A stretch of 64,000 bases of DNA from contig OZ024760.1 of the NCBI GenBank assembly GCA_964016885.1, positions 9,052,001 through 9,116,000 of the forward strand, given 5' to 3'. The DNA comes from Eledone cirrhosa (taxonomy: Eukaryota). Positions within the stretch are counted from its first letter, which is position 1, and each line of letters opens with the position of its first letter. Under the pieces are notes generated by a model, which saw nothing but the letters and a program-made list of their open reading frames with translations, was not told the origin of the DNA and searched no databases. Positions 57,303 through 64,000 of the stretch are shown in pieces. Both the position numbers and the translations under genes were made by a program.

Positions 57303-57576
57303 TAATTGACATATTTTATATTGATCATTGAGTAGCATTAACAGAGACCCCTCTGGAGTTAATAGACCAGGTCTCTGGCAATTAGTTATAGACACACCTT
57401 TCCTCGTTGAGACAGTCATAACCACTGTACATCTGTTCATACACACATCTCTACTTCAGGTGACCACAACTAATGTCTCTCTCTCTCTCTCTTCTGTCTA
57501 CTTCAGGTGACCACAACCAATGTCTCTCTCTCTCTCTCCCTCACTGTCTTCTGTCTACTTCAGGTGACCACAACCA

Positions 57577-57613
<37 letters not shown>

Positions 57614-57632
57614 TGTCTTCTCTCTACTTCAG

Positions 57633-57757
57633 GTGACCACAACCAATCTGTCCGTCTCATCACAGTTCCATGCTTCCAGGCAGAATCTTCCTTTGTTCTT
57701 GTCAACCTTCGAACTCTGGATTCTGAAGTGATTAAAGTAAACAGTGACATGTCTTAG
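57633..57757 (+). CDS. POLD2: DNA polymerase delta subunit 2, exon 10 (last)
   Basis: GDHNQSVRLITVPCFQAESSFVLVNLRTLDSEVIKVNSDMS*. The ten exons total 1380 nt (459 aa + stop). Confidence 0.9.
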
Positions 57758-57862
57758 ATACCAGTCATACCACTGACACCACCTCCATACAACTGATACC
57801 ACCCCCATACAACTGACACCACCCCATACCATTTGTACCAACCAGAGATCAATTTCATGTGT

Positions 57863-57882
57863 AATAAAACATCAGTAATAAA
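57863..57882 (+). terminator. POLD2 polyadenylation signals (two AATAAA)
   Basis: AATAAA at 57863 and 57877, followed by a T-rich tract. Confidence 0.6.
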
Positions 57883-58564
57883 CTTCTTTCTTAATTTTGT
57901 ATATTCAACTTCTTGTTTTTATGTCATCATCACCACCACCACCATCATCATCACCACCACCACCAGGAAATATTTAGACGCACGGTGATTTTGAGGGTCA
58001 AATCTTGGAAAAAAAGTGCGTCCTTTATTTTTTTAAATACAGTAATTTTTACTTTTGTGAGTTAATCCTCCATTCTGACAACTCTGCTAATTCCCAGCTT
58101 TAATTATGAAATCAGTAACAATTGGCAACAAATAGACTTTGTTATTTATCAGTGACAAGGGATTCACTAATACCTCGTTAATTAAAGGGATCCTTCAGTT
58201 TCTCAGCCTAATCTCAAATTACTTCCTAACGAGATTAAAAGATCGTCTACTTCTGTTATAATTACTGGAATTGGATCAATTTTTTTCATCAATACTTTTT
58301 TCTTAATCAATTTGGTAGATTAATTTCCAATGTAATGTGATTGTGGTGGTGGTGGTAGTAGTGTTGAAGGTTGTGGTAGTAGTAATGGTGGTGGTAGTAG
58401 TGATAGTAGTTTAGTGGTGGTGGTAGTAGTAGTCGTAGTAGTAACAGTGGTGGTGGTGGACAACTAGAACACTGCATTTTATTTAACAACCAGCTTGGAC
58501 ATATTTTGTGTTTCTCTGTAAAAAATAAGTTTCACATTGGAGAGACCCTTCATTAACATATAAG

Positions 58565-58713
58565 ATGGGTGGAGGTAAAAAGCCCCCTAAAGGACCAGAA
58601 GAGGAGGAAGAAGATGACCCCATGAATAACCCCGAACTTGTGAAGATAATTATTGGTCAACTAAAATATCAGTTGAAAATGGAAAGGATGATGGTGTCGG
58701 AGTCTATCAAACT
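58565..58713 (+). CDS. Heterotrimeric G-protein gamma subunit-like (GNG13/Ggamma30A-type), first coding exon
   Basis: MGGGKKPPKGPEEEEEDDPMNNPELVKIIIGQLKYQLKMERMMVSESIKL|gtgagt. LKYQL.MER...S.SI matches the Ggamma coiled coil; phase-2 donor; the second exon is not found in this window. Confidence 0.7.
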
Positions 58714-58759
58714 GTGAGTAAAAACTGAGTTTTATTTGTGTGTATCTGGTTTAGAATAG

Positions 58760-59700
58760 GTACACTGTAGCTACACTGTAATTACACTGTAGTTACACTG
58801 TAGCCACATTGTAGTTACACTGTAGCCACACCACAGTTACACTAGATACACCACAATTACACTGTAGCTACACCACAATTACACTAGCTACACCACAGTT
58901 ACACCATAGCCACACTAGTTATACCACATCTACACCATATCTACACCACAGTTACACTAGTTATACCACATCTACACCACAGTTACACTGTAGTTATACC
59001 ACATCTACACCACAGTTACACTGTAGTTATACCACATCTACACCATATCTATACCACATCTACACCACAGTTACACTGTAGTTATACCACATCTACACCA
59101 TAACTACACTGTAGTTATACCATAGTTACACTGTAGTTACACAATATTTACACCACATCTACACCATAGTTATACTGTAGTTATACCATATCTACACCAC
59201 ATCTACACCATAACTACACTGTAGTTATACCATAACTACACTGTAGTTATACCATATCTACACCATAACTACACTGTAGTTATACCATAGTTACACTGTA
59301 GTTACACAATATTTACACCACATCTACACCATAGTTATACTGTAGTTATACCATATCTACACCATAACTACACTGTAGTTATACCATAACTACACTGTAG
59401 TTATACCATATCTACACCATAACTACACTGTAGTTATACCATAGTTACACTGTAGTTACACAATATTTACACCACATCTACACCATAACTACACTGTAGT
59501 TATACCATACCTACACCACATCTACACCATAACTACACTGTAGTTATACCATATCTACACCACATCTACACCATAACTACACTGTAGTTATACCATAACT
59601 ACACTGTAGTTATACCATATTTACACCACAACTACACTGTAGTTATACCATAGTTACACAATATCTACACCACAGCTACACCACATCCACATCACAGCCA
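58760..59700. repeat. Degenerate 11-bp-based satellite (acactgtagtt/ataccatatct)
   Basis: Seen directly; starts ~45 nt after the donor. Confidence 0.9.
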
Positions 59701-60769
59701 CCATACCCCTGTATGTTGTAAGAAGGTACATGAAGGGTTGCTGCCAGAAAGGGCAACTAGTTGTAAAATATTGCCTCAAAAGGGACCCTACAATCAATAT
59801 GAATCCATTAATGGGACCCATAAACTTGGCCTTTTATGTAATATGGAAAATGGCCTTTAAATTATTGTTGTGTTGTTGTTATGTAGAAGAGCAAATAGTT
59901 AAAATGTTCAATTCTGCACTGTAGTATGTTGAGCAAGTATCTTCACCAAAGCTTCAAGTTGACCCAGGTCTGGTACAAAAGAAAAATTTTTATTAACCCT
60001 TTAGCATTCACATTACTCTATATATACTATTATATTTTCATGATAAAGGCTTTACCTCGCATAATTATCTCACATAATATCGAATCTATGAGATTTTGAA
60101 AGTATTTATTTTGAGAACAATACCTTAACATCAGTATGAGTGGCCAGTTACAGCCAGTTTCAACAGAAAGAGGTAAAGAATTCTGGCCGGTTTGAACATT
60201 AAAGGGTTAAGGTGTAACTGTCAACATAATATAAATAGAAAGAGAAAAAATACATACAAGCAGCTAATACATATATCTAGGACCACATACAACACAAGGC
60301 AGGTGAAAGGGGTGGACAAACGAACCGCTGCCATAGCAAAAGATAACAATATCATGGGGAGCACTGGGAAACCTCTCTAATAATTTTTGAGGCAAGCCAG
60401 CACACTCGCAGCATTACTTCGGGTGATGGCGAGGCTGATGCGCTGGAACAGCCAAGCGCCCTCACAAGCATCACCAGTTACCTTGGTTAGGCAAGCCGCC
60501 AGTGAAGGACATAAAGTTGACAAAAGCTGTTTAGAAGCCCATCAAATGAAATATACCTGTAACTCAGCCTTGTCACACACTGTATTGCATTGAATCTCCC
60601 TGAGAATTACATTGAGAAACTTTTGTTATGTTTCAAACAACTTGATAATGAAAAACAGGTATTTTATTAAACCATTCAAAATTTCTGATTATTTTTAAAG
60701 TAAATTGAAACGCATGAATAATAAATTTCATTAGAAATATGATCCTGAAACAGTTAAACATAGAGAGCT

Positions 60770-62245
60770 AAGTATATATATATATAGTTTGGTATATATA
60801 TAGCTAGGTATATATATAATTTGGTAAATATATAACTTGGTATATATATAGCTTAGTATATATATATATAGTTTGGTATATATATAGCTAGGTATATATA
60901 TAATTTGATAAATATATAACTTGGTATATATATAGCTTAGTATATATATATATAGTTTGGTATATATATAGCTACATAAATATGTAGCTAGGTAAATATA
61001 TACCCAGGTTAATATATATAGCTTGGTATATATATATAATTACATAAATATATAGCTAGGTAAATATATACCCAGGTTAATATATATAGCTTGGTATATA
61101 TATATAATTACATAAATATATAGCTAGGTAAATATATACCTAGGTTAATATATATAGCTTGGTATATATATATATATATAATTACATAAATATATAGCTA
61201 GGTAAATATATACCCAGGTTAATATATATATAATTACATAAATATATAGTTAGGTAAATATATACCCAGGTTAATATATATAGCTTGGTATATATATAAT
61301 TACATAAATATATAGCTAGGTAAATATATACCCAGGTTAATATATATAGCTTGGTATATATATATATAATTACATAAATATATAGCTAGGTAAATATATA
61401 CCCAGGTTAATATATATAGCTTGGTATATATATATATAATTACATAAATATATAGCTAGGTAAATATATACCCAGGTTAATATATATAGCTTGGTATATA
61501 TATATATATATAATTACATAAATATATAGCTAGGTAAATATATACCCAGGTTAATATATATAGCTTGGTATATATATATATATATAATTACATAAATATA
61601 TAGCTAGGTAAATATATATCCAGGTTAATATATATAGCTTGGTATATATATATAATTACATAAATATATAGCTAGGGAAATATATACCCAGGTTAATATA
61701 TATAGCTTGGTATATATATATAATTACATAAATATATAGCTTGGTATATATATAATTACATAAATATATACCCAGGTTAATATATATAGCTTGGTATATA
61801 TATAATTACATAAATATATAGCTAGGTAAATATATACCCAGGTTAATATATATAGCTTGGTATATATATATATATATAATTACATAAATATATAGCTAGG
61901 TAAATATATACCTAGGTTAATATATATAGCTTGGTATATATATATATATATATAATTACATAAATATATAGCTAGGTAAATATATACCCAGGTTAATATA
62001 TATATAATTACATAAATATATAGCTAGGTAAATATATACCCAGGTTAATATATATAGCTTGCTATATATATATAATTACATAAATATATAGCTAGGTAAA
62101 TATATACCCAGGTTAATATATATAGCTTGGTATATATATAATTACATAAATATATAGCTAGGTAAATATATACCCAGGTTAATATATATAGCTTGGTATA
62201 TATATATAATTACATAAATATATAGCTAGGTAAATATATACCCAC
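60770..62245. repeat. AT-rich ~70-80-bp minisatellite with variable TA
   Basis: aattacataaatatatagctaggtaaatatatacccaggttaatatatatagcttggta(ta)n. Confidence 0.9.
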
Positions 62246-62354
62246 AATTAATTAAAATTAATTACTTGACAACAGTTTAACCATTCCCATTATCCACTCG
62301 ATGTTGAGATGGCATCAGCTCAGCCATCAGACAGTAACTCATTACAATATATAT

Positions 62355-64000
62355 GTAAAGTGGTCTGGAGGTGTCACAACAAAGCACCCAGTCCACACTG
62401 TAAAGTGGTCGTGTAGGTGTCACAACAAAGCACCCAGTCCACACTGTAAAGTGGTCGTGTAGGTGTCACAACAAAGCACCCAGTCCACACTGTAAAGTGG
62501 TCGTGTAGGTGTCACAACAAAGCACCCAGTCCACACTGTAAAGTGGTCGTGTAGGTGTCACAACAAAGCACCCAGCACACAGTGTAAAGTGGTCTGGAGG
62601 TGTCACAACAAAAAGCACCCAGTCCACACTGTAAAGTGGTCGTGTAGGTGTCACAACAAAGCACCCAGCACACACTGTAAAGTGGTCTGGAGGTGTCACA
62701 ACAAAAAGCACCCAGTCCACACTGTAAAGTGGTCGTGTAGGTGTCACAAAAAAGCACCCAGTCCACACTGTAAAGTGGTCGTGTAGGTGTCACAACAAAG
62801 CACCCAGTCCACACTGTAAAGTGGTCGTGTAGGTGTCACAACAAAGCACCCAGTCCACACTGTAAAGTGGTCTGGAGGTGTCACAACAAAAAGCACCCAG
62901 TCCACACTGTAAAGTGGTCTGGAGGTGTCACAACAAAGCACCCAGTCCACACTGTAAAGTGGTCGTGTAGGTGTCACAACAAAGCACCCAGCCCACACTG
63001 TAAAGTGGTCGTGTAGGTGTCACAACAAAGCACCCAGTCCACACTGTAAAGTGGTCGTGTAGGTGTCACAACAAAGCACCCAGTCCACACTGTAAAGTGG
63101 TCGTGTAGGTGTCACAACAAAGCACCCAGTCCACACTGTAAAGTGGTCGTGTAGGTGTCACAACAAAGCACCCAGTCCACACTGTAAAGTGGTCGTGTAG
63201 GTGTCACAACAAAAAGCACCCAGTCCACACTGTAAAGTGGTCGTGTAGGTGTCACAACAAAAAGCACCCAGTCCACACTGTAAAGTGGTCGTGTAGGTGT
63301 CACAACAAAAAGCACCCAGTCCACACTGTAAAGTGGTCTGGAGGTGTCACAACAAAGCACCCAGTCCACACTGTAAAGTGGTCGTGTAGGTGTCACAAGA
63401 AAAAGCACCCAGTCCACACTGTAAAGTGGTCATGTAGGTGTCACAACAAAGCACCCAGTCCACACTGTAAAGTGGTCGTGTAGGTGTCACAACAAAGCAC
63501 CCAGTCCACACTGTAAAGTGGTCGTGTAGGTGTCACAACAAAGCACCCAGTCCACACTGTAAAGTGGTCGTGTAGGTGTCACAACAAAGCACCCAGTCCA
63601 CACTGTAAAGTGGTCGTGTAGGTGTCACAACAAAGCACCCAGTCCACACTGTAAAGTGGTCGTGTAGGTGTCACAACAAAGCACCCAGTCCACACTGTAA
63701 AGTGGTCGTGTAGGTGTCACAACAAAAAGCACCCAGTCCACACTGTAAAGTGGTCGTGTAGGTGTCACAGCAAAAAGCACCCAGTCCACACTGTAAAGTG
63801 GTTGTGTAGGTGTCACAGCAAAAAGCACCCAGTCCACACTGTAAAGTGGTCGTGTAGGTGTCACAGCAAAAAGCACCCAGTCCACACTGTAAAGTGGTCG
63901 TGTAGGTGTCACAGCAAAAAGCACCCAGTCCACACTGTAAAGTGGTCGTGTAGGTGTCACAGCAAAAAGCACCCAGTCCACACTGTAAAGTGGTCGTGTA
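62355..64000. repeat. 46-49-bp satellite running off the window end
   Basis: gtaaagtggtcgtgtaggtgtcacaacaaagcacccagtccacact. Confidence 0.95.

Overview
Eukaryotic, AT-rich, very repeat-dense genomic DNA. The massive (TA)n/(CA)n tracts, tRNA-derived SINEs and Penelope remnants suggest a cephalopod such as octopus (inference). Four spliced genes can be read: (1) the last two exons of a PMP22/claudin-superfamily tetraspan gene (+, 4962-5986); (2) complete MRI1, methylthioribose-1-phosphate isomerase (-, 5 exons, 41050-27101, 370 aa); (3) complete POLD2, DNA polymerase delta small subunit (+, 10 exons, 42844-57757, 459 aa), head-to-head with MRI1; (4) the first coding exon of a G-protein gamma-like gene with a charged N-terminal extension (+, 58565-58713), missed by the ORF track. 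Most long ORFs in the track are microsatellite artefacts. The most unusual structure is that splice junctions have themselves been tandemly amplified: 34 x 81-bp copies of the MRI1 active-site exon end plus its 5' splice site, 4 copies of the POLD2 terminal 3' splice site (two give in-frame extensions), and donor-derived repeats after POLD2 exons 3 and 5. There are also several type-I hammerhead ribozyme motifs linked to Penelope-like remnants, one split in loop II by a fold-back transposon carrying LINE cargo. Other notable items are a twin-priming-like inverted RTE insertion, template-switch inversions, and Helitron-like ends around a POLD2 exon.
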